A model generated the notes under the pieces. The model did no database searches. It saw only the letters and a program-made list of their open reading frames with translations, and was not told where the DNA came from. 64,000 bases of DNA from Opitutales bacterium. GTDB taxonomy: Bacteria > Verrucomicrobiota > Verrucomicrobiia > Opitutales > UBA2987. The stretch is taken from assembly GCA_965226885.1 (NCBI GenBank), contig CBDDEL010000010.1, positions 192,001 through 256,000 of the forward strand, given 5' to 3'. The position numbers and the translations under genes were made by a program. Each line of letters starts with the position of its first letter. Within the stretch, counting starts at the first letter, position 1. Shown one piece after another: positions 20,388-30,674 of the stretch.

Positions 20388-23300
20388 CCCGGATATTTCA
20401 TGAAGGGTAAAGTTTGGCTCGTTATTGCTATTGCTATTGGAGATGGATTTCTTTGTATTTTGAGCAGATCGTCTTGATTTTTAGGTGTTTTTCAGGGTGT
20501 AGAGACACTGCCCCCTTTCCCCCATTGGTTCGGTAGTGCCGGGGGCAGCACCAATGCACCCTTTAGGTTGGCACCAATCGGCGGGCCGCATGGTTGAAAA
20601 GACTGGCCCAAGGATAACTCTCACTTAGGTGAAAGTGAATCGTTCGGGTGTTGCGCACGATGACCGCTCCGATCTTGATTAATTTGAGCCGCAGGGTGTG
20701 GCATTGGGCCCGCGCCCACTTCGTCCCTTTTAAGGCTAACCCGGATATTTCGTAAAAAAAGTATCGTTGATATGCTTAACTGCTGATATACAGCAGGATA
20801 GATCAATAATTAAAGCAATATCAGCGATGACAAAAGGTAAACAATTAAAGCTACAGTTGACAAGGGTAAAAGGCCGCCGTGTGCGGGTTGATTTCAAGGG
20901 CGGAGAGGTTACTTTGGATGCCGGACTGCTTTTGATCCGGGAAGTGGATCGGCAGTTGGGCTTGACCGAACGAGCGGCCCGACAGTTAGTGGACAAACGG
21001 CAGAAGGGCAAAGTACGCCATGAGGTATTGGGGATGCTGCGGCAGCGCGTTTACGGGCTGGTGGCGGGCTATGAGGATTTGAACGACTTTGATACCCTGC
21101 GCCACGATCCATTGTTAGCAAACGGTAACGGGGCGCATTGAAACGTTGGCCAGCGCGCCGACTTTGTGTCGTTTTGAAAACGGGCAGGATCGGCGGGCGG
21201 CCTTTGCGGTAAACGAGCTGTTGGTCGAACAGTTCATGGGCTCCTTTGCCGAGGAACCCGAAGAGATCATCCTGGACTTTGACGCCACCGACAATCCGGT
21301 GCACGGGCTCCAGGAGGGACGTTTTTTCCACGGTTATTATGATCATTACTGTTTTCTGCCGCTATATGTTTTTTGCGGTGATCAGCTGCTGGTGGCCTAC
21401 CTGCGGCCGAGCAAGATCGATGCCAGCAAGCATGCCGGGGCCATCCTCAAATTGCTGGTTAAACGGATTCGCCAAAGCTGGCCCCGTACGCGGAGTATTT
21501 GGCGCGCCGACAGTGGATTTTGTCGAGACCGGATACTCTCTTGGTGCGACCGCAACGAAGTTAGTTACATCGTGGGGATGGCTCGCAATGCACGCTTGCA
21601 GCAAGACGCCCAGCAGTTGCAAAAGCAGGCCAAAGAATGGTTCGAACTAAGGGGTAAAAAACAACGGTTATTCCAGGACTTCGTCTATGCTGCCGATTCG
21701 TGGCGATGGCTGCGGTTGGTCATCCATAAAGCCGAACACACCGCACAGGGGTCCAACCCGCGCTTCGTGGTGACGAACCTGCCGGGCGATCCCCAGGAGC
21801 TTTACGACAAGGTATACTGTGGCCGCGGTGAAATGGAGAACCGAATCAAGGAACAGATGCAATTGTTCAGCGAGCGCACCAGCGCCCATCAATGGTGGGC
21901 CAATCAGTGGCGATTGCTCTTGTCGGCGCTGGCCTACACCTTGATGGAAGCCATGCGCCGGTTAGCCTTAAAAGGGACGAAGTGGGCGCGGGCCCAATGC
22001 CACACCCTGCGGCTCAAATTAATCAAGATCGGAGCGGTCATCGTGCGCAACACCCGAACGATTCACTTTCACCTAAGTGAGAGTTATCCTTGGGCCAGTC
22101 TTTTCAACCATGCGGCCCGCCGATTGGTGCCAACCTAAAGGGTGCATTGGTGCTGCCCCCGGCACTACCGAACCAATGGGGGAAAGGGGGCAGTGTCTCT
22201 ACACCCTGAAAAACACCTAAAAATCAAGACGATCTGCTCAAAATACAAAGAAATCCATCTCCAATAGCAATAACGAGCCAAACTCTACCCTTCATGAAAT
22301 ATCCGGGCTAACCGGCGCATGGCTTCCATCAAGGTGTAGGCCAGCGCCGACAAGAGCAATCGCCACTGATTGGCCCACCATTGATGGGCGCTGGTGCGCT
22401 CGCTGAACAATTGCATCTGTTCCTTGATTCGGTTCTCCATTTCACCGCGGCCACAGTATACCTTGTCGTAAAGCTCCTGGGGATCGCACGGCAGGTTCGT
22501 CACCACGAAGCGCGGGTTGGACCCCTGTGCGGTGTGTTCGGCTTTATGGATGACCAACCGCAGCCATCGCCACGAATCGGCAGCATAGACGAAGTCCTGG
22601 AATAACCGTTGTTTTTTACCCCTTAGTTCGAACCATTCTTTGGCCTGCTTTTGCAACTGCTGGGCGTCTTGCTGCAAGCGTGCATTGCGAGCCATCCCCA
22701 CGATGTAACTAACTTCGTTGCGGTCGCACCAAGAGAGTATCCGGTCTCGACAAAATCCACTGTCGGCGCGCCAAATAATCCGCGTACGGGGCCAGCTTTG
22801 GCGAATCCGTTTAACCAGCAATTTGAGGATGGCCCCGGCATGCTTGCTGGCATCGATCTTGCTCGGCCGCAGGTAGGCCACCAGCAGCTGATCACCGCAA
22901 AAAACATATAGCGGCAGAAAACAGTAATGATCATAATAACCGTGGAAAAAACGTCCCTCCTGGAGCCCGTGCACCGGATTGTCGGTGGCGTCAAAGTCCA
23001 GGATGATCTCTTCGGGTTCCTCGGCAAAGGAGCCCATGAACTGTTCGACCAACAGCTCGTTTACCGCAAAGGCCGCCCGCCGATCCTGCCCGTTTTCAAA
23101 ACGACACAAAGTCGGCGCGCTGGCCAACGTTTCAATGCGCCCCGTTACCGTTTGCTAACAATGGATCGTGGCGCAGGGTATCAAAGTCGTTCAAATCCTC
23201 ATAGCCCGCCACCAGCCCGTAAACGCGCTGCCGCAGCATCCCCAATACCTCATGGCGTACTTTGCCCTTCTGCCGTTTGTCCACTAACTGTCGGGCCGCT

Positions 23301-23533
23301 CGTTCGGTCAAGCCCAACTGCCGATCCACTTCCCGGATCAAAAGCAGTCCGGCATCCGAAGTAACCTCTCCGCCCTTGAAATCAACCCGCACACGGCGGC
23401 CTTTTACCCTTGTCAACTGTAGCTTTAATTGTTTACCTTTTGTCATCGCTGATATTGCTTTAATTATTGATCTATCCTGCTGTATATCAGCAGTTAAGCA
23501 TATCAACGATACTTTTTTTACGAAATATCCGGG
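20388..23533 (-). mobile_element. IS1380-family element, full-length copy split by an inverted sister copy (pieces 20388..20739 and 22308..23533)
   Basis: Ends CCCGGATATTTC. Transposase motifs SDAGLLL, LDFDATD, RADSGF, RGEMENRIKE. +1 frameshift at 23156. Confidence 0.93.
20740..22307 (+). mobile_element. IS1380-family element (1568 bp) nested in opposite orientation
   Basis: IRs CCCGGATATTTC...GAAATATCCGGG. CTAA duplication 20736-20739 / 22308-22311. Transposase split by an extra A at 21117. Confidence 0.95.
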
Positions 23534-25181
23534 CTAACTTCGTTGCGGTCGCACCAAGAGAGTATCCGGTCTCGACAAAATCCACTGTCGGCGCGCCAAA
23601 TAATCCGCGTACGGGGCCAGCTTTGGCGAATCCGTTTAACCAGCAATTTGAGGATGGCCCCGGCATGCTTGCTGGCATCGATCTTGCTCGGCCGCAGGTA
23701 GGCCACCAGCAGCTGATCACCGCAAAAAACATATAGCGGCAGAAAACAGTAATGATCATAATAACCGTGGAAAAAACGTCCCTCCTGGAGCCCGTGCACC
23801 GGATTGTCGGTGGCGTCAAAGTCCAGGATGATCTCTTCGGGTTCCTCGGCAAAGGAGCCCATGAACTGTTCGACCAACAGCTCGTTTACCGCAAAGGCCG
23901 CCCGCCGATCCTGCCCGTTTTCAAAACGACACAAAGTCGGCGCGCTGGCCAACGTTTCAATGCGCCCCGTTACCGTTTGCAACAATGGATCGTGGCGCAG
24001 GGTATCAAAGTCGTTCAAATCCTCATAGCCCGCCACCAGCCCGTAAACGCGCTGCCGCAGCATCCCCAATACCTCATGGCGTACTTTGCCCTTCTGCCGT
24101 TTGTCCACTAACTGTCGGGCCGCTCGTTCGGTCAAGCCCAACTGCCGATCCACTTCCCGGATCAAAAGCAGTCCGGCATCCGAAGTAACCTCTCCGCCCT
24201 TGAAATCAACCCGCACACGGCGGCCTTTTACCCTTGTCAACTGTAGCTTTAATTGTTTACCTTTTGTCATCGCTGATATTGCTTTAATTATTGATCTATC
24301 CTGCTGTATATCAGCAGTTAAGCATATCAACGATACTTTTTTTACGAAATATCCGGGCTAACTTCGTTGCGGTCGCACCAAGAGAGTATCCGGTCTCGAC
24401 AAAATCCACTGTCGGCGCGCCAAATAATCCGCGTACGGGGCCAGCTTTGGCGAATCCGTTTAACCAGCAATTTGAGGATGGCCCCGGCATGCTTGCTGGC
24501 ATCGATCTTGCTCGGCCGCAGGTAGGCCACCAGCAGCTGATCACCGCAAAAAACATATAGCGGCAGAAAACAGTAATGATCATAATAACCGTGGAAAAAA
24601 CGTCCCTCCTGGAGCCCGTGCACCGGATTGTCGGTGGCGTCAAAGTCCAGGATGATCTCTTCGGGTTCCTCGGCAAAGGAGCCCATGAACTGTTCGACCA
24701 ACAGCTCGTTTACCGCAAAGGCCGCCCGCCGATCCTGCCCGTTTTCAAAACGACACAAAGTCGGCGCGCTGGCCAACGTTTCAATGCGCCCCGTTACCGT
24801 TTGCAACAATGGATCGTGGCGCAGGGTATCAAAGTCGTTCAAATCCTCATAGCCCGCCACCAGCCCGTAAACGCGCTGCCGCAGCATCCCCAATACCTCA
24901 TGGCGTACTTTGCCCTTCTGCCGTTTGTCCACTAACTGTCGGGCCGCTCGTTCGGTCAAGCCCAACTGCCGATCCACTTCCCGGATCAAAAGCAGTCCGG
25001 CATCCGAAGTAACCTCTCCGCCCTTGAAATCAACCCGCACACGGCGGCCTTTTACCCTTGTCAACTGTAGCTTTAATTGTTTACCTTTTGTCATCGCTGA
25101 TATTGCTTTAATTATTGATCTATCCTGCTGTATATCAGCAGTTAAGCATATCAACGATACTTTTTTTACGAAATATCCGGG
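23534..25181 (-). repeat. Two tandem 824-bp 5' fragments of the IS1380 element (23534..24357, 24358..25181)
   Basis: Each runs from the left IR to the internal GAAGTTAG site, where the next left IR begins. Each gives the same 270-aa truncated transposase ORF. Confidence 0.93.
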
Positions 25182-25465
25182 CTAACCGGGTTTCCGACCC
25201 CGACTGTGCCGGCATTGAGACTGAGTTGAGAAATGAACTCAAGTCCTGGCAGTCGGCCACCGGCGATCCATGGCCCCTATATCCATTGCCTGAAAAATTT
25301 GTGAAGAAGCTGCCGGGCGGGACCTGGGTCTCAGATTCGGCTTGAAACCATCCGTATCGACGGTGTACTGGATTTACATAATTTATGTTGAGGTTTTCGC
25401 AACTTAATGCATGGAATAATTGTTTAACCAACAATACGACGCGACGGCGAATTTTAAAATTTACC

Positions 25466-26794
25466 ATGCGGATATACCTTAAAAAACCCTTGTTGATCTT
25501 GACTGCATTGTGGGTGCTTTCGGTGGCTTCGGCCTTTATCGTCGGCCGGCAATTGGCATCCAGTTCCAACGCCGGTAATTCTCCCGCTCGCATTGTGAAA
25601 CCGGATGCTGGGAACAACAAGGTAACTTTCCACCAAGTCGAGGATGTGTATTCCGGCATCGTTGATAGTGAATATGCGGAGCCGGACCGGGACCAGGAAT
25701 ATGTTGACCCTCGTTCGGTCGTGCCCAGCTTGCAGGTCGCCATGAAAATAGCCGACCCGGTCAAACGGCTGCGTCTCATTACCTTGGCCCTTGAAGGGTT
25801 GGATTCGACCAATGTGCGGGAGGCGCTCGCCTTGTTTGAAAACCAGCCCGGCGGCGGTTTTAACCGTGTCCGCGATCTCAACCTCCTCATGTATTCCTGG
25901 GGTAATTTCGACGGCCCGGCGGCACTTGATTATGTAGTCAATGAAATGAGTGGCCAGGGTTCCCGCTTTGCCACCTACACCGCCATGAGCGGCTGGGCCG
26001 CCAACGATCCTCAAGGCGCCCTCGTCTGGACGGAGGAGAATGGCGCCGACGGCAGAACCGTTCTCGGTCTCATTTCCGGGTGGGCCTCCACCGATCTGGC
26101 GGGAGCCACCGATTACGTGGCCGGGCTTGCGGAAGGTTCGGAAAGGTCTCGCGCGGTTGGCATTTTGGTCGATAATTACCTGCAGGAAGGTCCTGATTAC
26201 GCAGTGGCCTGGGCCGAATCTCTCCCCGAGGGCGAATTGATGAGCGATGTCGTTAACAGGCTTTCTCGCGAGTGGACCAGGGTCGATCCCCAATCTTCCG
26301 CCCAGTGGGTTGCCGGTTACGCCGATACAGAGTTGGGAGAACGCGCCGTGCCGGCGGCGGCCTCGCAATGGGCCCGGGAAAACCCGGTGGACGCGGCCGC
26401 CTGGGCCATCTCTCTGCCGGAAGGCGAAGCAAAAGAAAAAGGATTGGCCGCGGTCGTCAATCGCTGGGCCAATTCCGACCCCAATGCGGCAGGGGAATGG
26501 CTCAACAGTCTGCCCGCCGAACCCTCCCTCGATCCCGCCGTTGATGCCTTTGCCCGCCGCATATCCGACGAAGACCCCCTCGGCGCGCTCAACTGGGCGG
26601 AATCGATCATCGACCCCGAACTACGCACCCAAAGCATCCAGAATGTCGGGCAGAAATGGTTTCGGCAGGACCCCGAGGCGGCCGGCCAATGGGTCGAAAG
26701 CAGCCAATTATCCGCCGAAGTGCAATCGGCCATAGTCAACCCGCTGCCGGAAAGTCGCTATGATCGCCGCAGGTTTTTCGACCGCGGACAGTAA
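25466..26794 (+). CDS. Hypothetical exported/anchored protein with tandem DPxAAxxW helical repeats
   Basis: N-terminal hydrophobic segment, then recurring W...DP.AA..W units. Start set to ATG 25466. Confidence 0.75.
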   Translation: MRIYLKKPLLILTALWVLSVASAFIVGRQLASSSNAGNSPARIVKPDAGNNKVTFHQVEDVYSGIVDSEYAEPDRDQEYVDPRSVVPSLQVAMKIADPVKRLRLITLALEGLDSTNVREALALFENQPGGGFNRVRDLNLLMYSWGNFDGPAALDYVVNEMSGQGSRFATYTAMSGWAANDPQGALVWTEENGADGRTVLGLISGWASTDLAGATDYVAGLAEGSERSRAVGILVDNYLQEGPDYAVAWAESLPEGELMSDVVNRLSREWTRVDPQSSAQWVAGYADTELGERAVPAAASQWARENPVDAAAWAISLPEGEAKEKGLAAVVNRWANSDPNAAGEWLNSLPAEPSLDPAVDAFARRISDEDPLGALNWAESIIDPELRTQSIQNVGQKWFRQDPEAAGQWVESSQLSAEVQSAIVNPLPESRYDRRRFFDRGQ

Positions 26795-26990
26795 AAAATT
26801 GGCGTCCAAAACGAGAGATTCGACCCGAAATAAGTCAATTTTGGGAAAACTAACGATTGTCTCTCTTGTCTTAAAAATATAGAGCAGGTCAAAGATCGAT
26901 ATATGCCGACTTGTTTAACGAAAGAAAACCCAACTACTATTCTATCCACAGGTCGTGACATATCATATGGCAAAAAAGGAAATGTAGCAT

Positions 26991-28481
26991 ATGGCATTTA
27001 AATACAACGAAGTTGTTCCATGGGGAAGGAATTTTGACGAATATACAAGAATGTTCGATTTGAATGAGACCGAATTAAAATCAAAAATATTAGGTTGTGG
27101 TGATGGACCTTCCAGTTTTAATTTTGAATGCAATAAACGAGGTGGGGATGTTGTATCCATTGATCCAATTTATAATTTGACGAAGGAAGAAATACAAAAA
27201 AGAATCAATGAAACTTACAAAATTGTCCTGAGGCAAACAGATAAAAATAAGGATAAATTTAAGGTAGTGTATAAAAAAAGAATGTTATTTTGTATTTTTA
27301 GCTGTACAAATAGCGTTAGGCAGTTTATTCTTAGTGCATGGTTACTAAAATTATTAATTGTCGGCACTGTGGAAGTGAAAATATCATTAAATTTGGCAAG
27401 ACGCCCAACCATAAACAGCGCTACCGCTGCCATGATTGTGGTAAACAAAGCCGCGAAAACCCCACAGTGAAATACACCGAAGAGCAAAAAGAAATGATCC
27501 TTCGAGTCTATCAGGAACGCAGCAGTCTACGCGGTTTACAGCGCGCCTTCGGGGTGAGTCCCAACACCGTTTTGAGTTGGTTAAAAAAAACGACAATCGC
27601 TGCGACCGCTCAAAAGCACGATTCTTGCGGCCCGCCGCCATGATGTCATTGAACTGGACGAACTGTGGTCTTTTGTGGGGCGCAAGAGCGATGCCCAATG
27701 GGTTTGGATCGCTCTTTGCCGACGCACCCGTCAAATCCTCTCCTATGCCATTGGGCCTCGGGATTGGTATCGTTGCCGGGAACTTTACGAGCGTCTGCCA
27801 CGGGCCTACAAAAGAAGTGCCACCTACAGCGACTTTTGGAGCACTTATGATGAAGTCTTTCCTCATAACCGATCCGTGGGAAAAGAAACCGGTGAAACGG
27901 CCCATGTGGAACGATGGAACAATACCCTGCGCCAACGACTGGGTCGTTTCACACGCAAAACCCTCTCCTTTTCCAAGCTTAAGAGTATGCATGAAACCTG
28001 TCTGAGACTTTTCATTCATCAATATAATCAAGAATTAGCCACCATTCCTACTTAATACACTACCAAATTTAATTGGAATGTAATTAAATCTATCGCTGAA
28101 CTCGGAGAGACTAGAATGAATGCAATGAATTCATTTCTAGATTCTTATGAACTAGGTAAAATCAGTAAAAAGTATATACCAACCTCAGTACTTGATTTAC
28201 CATTTGACGATAATGAATTTGATATCTCTTTAAGCTCACATTTTCTATTTTTATATACTGATAATTTACCTTATGAATTTCATCTGCATGCTATAAGGGA
28301 AATGTTACGAGTTTCCAGGGAAATTAGAATATTCCCACTATTGGACTTTAATGCTAACAAATCTAAATATGTTCAGAGAATAATCTCAGATTTTAAAGAT
28401 AATAAACCAGAAATTAGTAGAGTAGATTATGAATTTCAAATTGGTGGAAACAAACTATTAACAATGAAGTCATGGAACTAG
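26991..28481 (+). pseudogene. SAM-dependent methyltransferase interrupted by IS1 type B
   Basis: ILGCGDGPSSF SAM motif in the 5' part; LPFDDNEFDISLSSHFLFLY in the 3' part. Frame rejoins as ...DKF|NWNVIKS... after removing the IS. Confidence 0.88.
27263..28064 (+). mobile_element. IS1-family type B, complete (802 bp); insA 27338..27643, insB to 28055
   Basis: IRs GGTAGTGTA / TACACTACC. 8-bp duplication AAATTTAA (27255-27262, 28065-28072). Confidence 0.96.
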
Positions 28482-28564
28482 GATTCCAGCAAACCCCCTT
28501 ATTGAAAATCAATCTTAATTCTTTAAATTTGCCTACCCACTGGGGCTGTCATTAATGACTTTAG

Positions 28565-30127
28565 CCCGGATATTTCGTAAAAAAAGTATCGTTGATATGC
28601 TTAACTGCTGATATACAGCAGGATAGATCAATAATTAAAGCAATATCAGCGATGACAAAAGGTAAACAATTAAAGCTACAGTTGACAAGGGTAAAAGGCC
28701 GCCGTGTGCGGGTTGATTTCAAGGGCGGAGAGGTTACTTCGGATGCCGGACTGCTTTTGATCCGGGAAGTGGATCGGCAGTTGGGCTTGACCGAACGAGC
28801 GGCCCGACAGTTAGTGGACAACCGGCAGAAGGGCAAAGTACGCCATGAGTGGGGATGCTGCGGCAGCGCGTTTACGGGCTGGTGGCGGGCTATGAGGATT
28901 TGAACGACTTTGATACCCTGCGCCACGAGCCATTGTTGCAAACGGTAACGGGGCGCATTGAAACGTTGGCCAGCGCGCCGACTTTGTGTCGTTTTGAAAA
29001 CGGGCAGGATCGGCGGGCGGCCTTTGCGGTAAACGAGCTGTTGGTCGAACAGTTCATGGGCTCCTTTGCCGAGGAACCCGAAGAGATCATCCTGGACTTT
29101 GACGCCACCGACAATCCGGTGCACGGGCTCCAGGAGGGACGTTTTTTCCACGGTTATTATGATCATTACTGTTTTCTGCCGCTATATGTTTTTTGCGGTG
29201 ATCAGCTGCTGGTGGCCTACCTGCGGCCGAGCAAGATCGATGCCAGCAAGCATGCCGGGGCCATCCTCAAATTGCTGGTTAAACGGATTCGCCAAAGCTG
29301 GCCCCGTACGCGGATTATTTGGCGCGCCGACAGTGGATTTTGTCGAGACCGGATACTCTCTTGGTGCGACCGCAACGAAGTTAGTTACATCGTGGGGATG
29401 GCTCGCAATGCACGCTTGCAGCAAGACGCCCAGCAGTTGCAAAAGCAGGCCAAAGAATGGTTCGAACTAAGGGGTAAAAAACAACGGTTATTCCAGGACT
29501 TCGTCTATGCTGCCGATTCGTGGCGATGGCTGCGGTTGGTCATCCATAAAGCCGAACACACCGCACAGGGGTCCAACCCGCGCTTCGTGGTGACGAACCT
29601 GCCGGGCGATCCCCAGGAGCTTTACGACAAGGTATACTGTGGCCGCGGTGAAATGGAGAACCGAATCAAGGAACAGATGCAATTGTTCAGCGAGCGCACC
29701 AGCGCCCATCAATGGTGGGCCAATCAGTGGCGATTGCTCTTGTCGGCGCTGGCCTACACCTTGATGGAAGCCATGCGCCGGTTAGCCTTAAAAGGGACGA
29801 AGTGGGCGCGGGCCCAATGCCACACCCTGCGGCTCAAATTAATCAAGATCGGAGCGGTCATCGTGCGCAACACCCGAACGATTCACTTTCACCTAAGTGA
29901 GAGTTATCCTTGGGCCAGTCTTTTCAACCATGCGGCCCGCCGATTGGTGCCAACCTAAAGGGTGCATTGGTGCTGCCCCCGGCACTACCGAACCAATGGG
30001 GGAAAGGGGGCAGTGTCTCTACACCCTGAAAAACACCTAAAAATCAAGACGATCTGCTCAAATTACAAAGAAATCCATCTCCAATAGCAATAACGAGCCA
30101 AACTTTACCCTTCATGAAATATCCGGG
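28565..30127 (+). mobile_element. IS1380-family element (1563 bp), transposase frameshifted by a 4-bp deletion near 28849
   Basis: Same IRs as the other copies. Flanks TTAG (left) and CTAG (right) do not match. Confidence 0.94.
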
Positions 30128-30660
30128 CTAGTGATGGGCAACAGTATCCACCGGGAACTCAACCAACATCACTGGATTGGGAAGATTCCCAAGGAGCCAC
30201 CAGTTACGATGTATACCTGGAACTAGATGATTCCGATCCAGATGTGTTAAGAGACACGGTAAGCTCCAGCAATTGGACTCTTAATCTCAGTTTATCTCCG
30301 GGTACCTGGTATTGGAAGGTTGTTGCAAAGAACAGCACGGGCTCCACAGAGGGTGATACTTGGAGCTTTACTATTGAGGAGCTAATTCCACCAGGTAATT
30401 TCGACAATGTAAGCCCTAGTGATGGGCAACAGTATCCACCGGGAACTCAACCAACATCACTGGATTGGGAAGATTCCCAAGGAGCCATCAGTTACGATGT
30501 TTACCTATATGCAGAGGTGACTATACCAGAACAGCAGCCCATTGCTACAGTCACTTCAAGCTTCTGGCAGCTCAATCTTAGTCTTTTATCGGGCACCTGG
30601 AACTGGAAAATAGTCGCCAAAAACAGCGCGGGTTCTACAGAAGGTGTTAATTGGAGCTTC
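30128..30660 (+). repeat. Intragenic 288-bp tandem repeat (FN3-like units)
   Basis: CTAGTGATGGGCAACAGTATCCACCGGGAACTCAACC... starts at 30128 and again at 30416. Confidence 0.88.
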
Positions 30661-30674
30661 ATTATTCGGTATTC

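Larger units (their letters stand above)
19045..25345 (+). pseudogene. Cys-type sulfatase interrupted near its C-terminus by the IS1380 cluster
   Basis: SDQQRAD, CSPARASLLSG, GKWHLG and SDHGE motifs. Removing 20388..25185 rejoins ...PQEMTN|RVSDPDCAGIETELRNELKSWQ... to the stop at 25345. CTAA is duplicated at 20384-20387 and 25182-25185. Confidence 0.9.

Noticed and set aside
23534..25181. Tandem repeats as a CRISPR array or a novel repeat system
   Set aside because: The units are 824-bp IS1380 fragments with no spacers and no cas genes.
25135..25890. 251-aa minus-strand ORF and the many other antisense ORFs over smc, uvrB, leuC, fusA and the transposases
   Set aside because: Shadow ORFs of GC-rich genes with no recognisable motifs.
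27577..28005. -1 frame ORF of IS1 type B as the true InsB
   Set aside because: It lacks the ELDE/SD/ERWN DDE motifs, which are in the +1 frame.
28542..28564. GGGGCTGTCATTAATGAC as the end of another IS
   Set aside because: It vaguely resembles an IS terminus, but there is no partner IR or transposase in the window.
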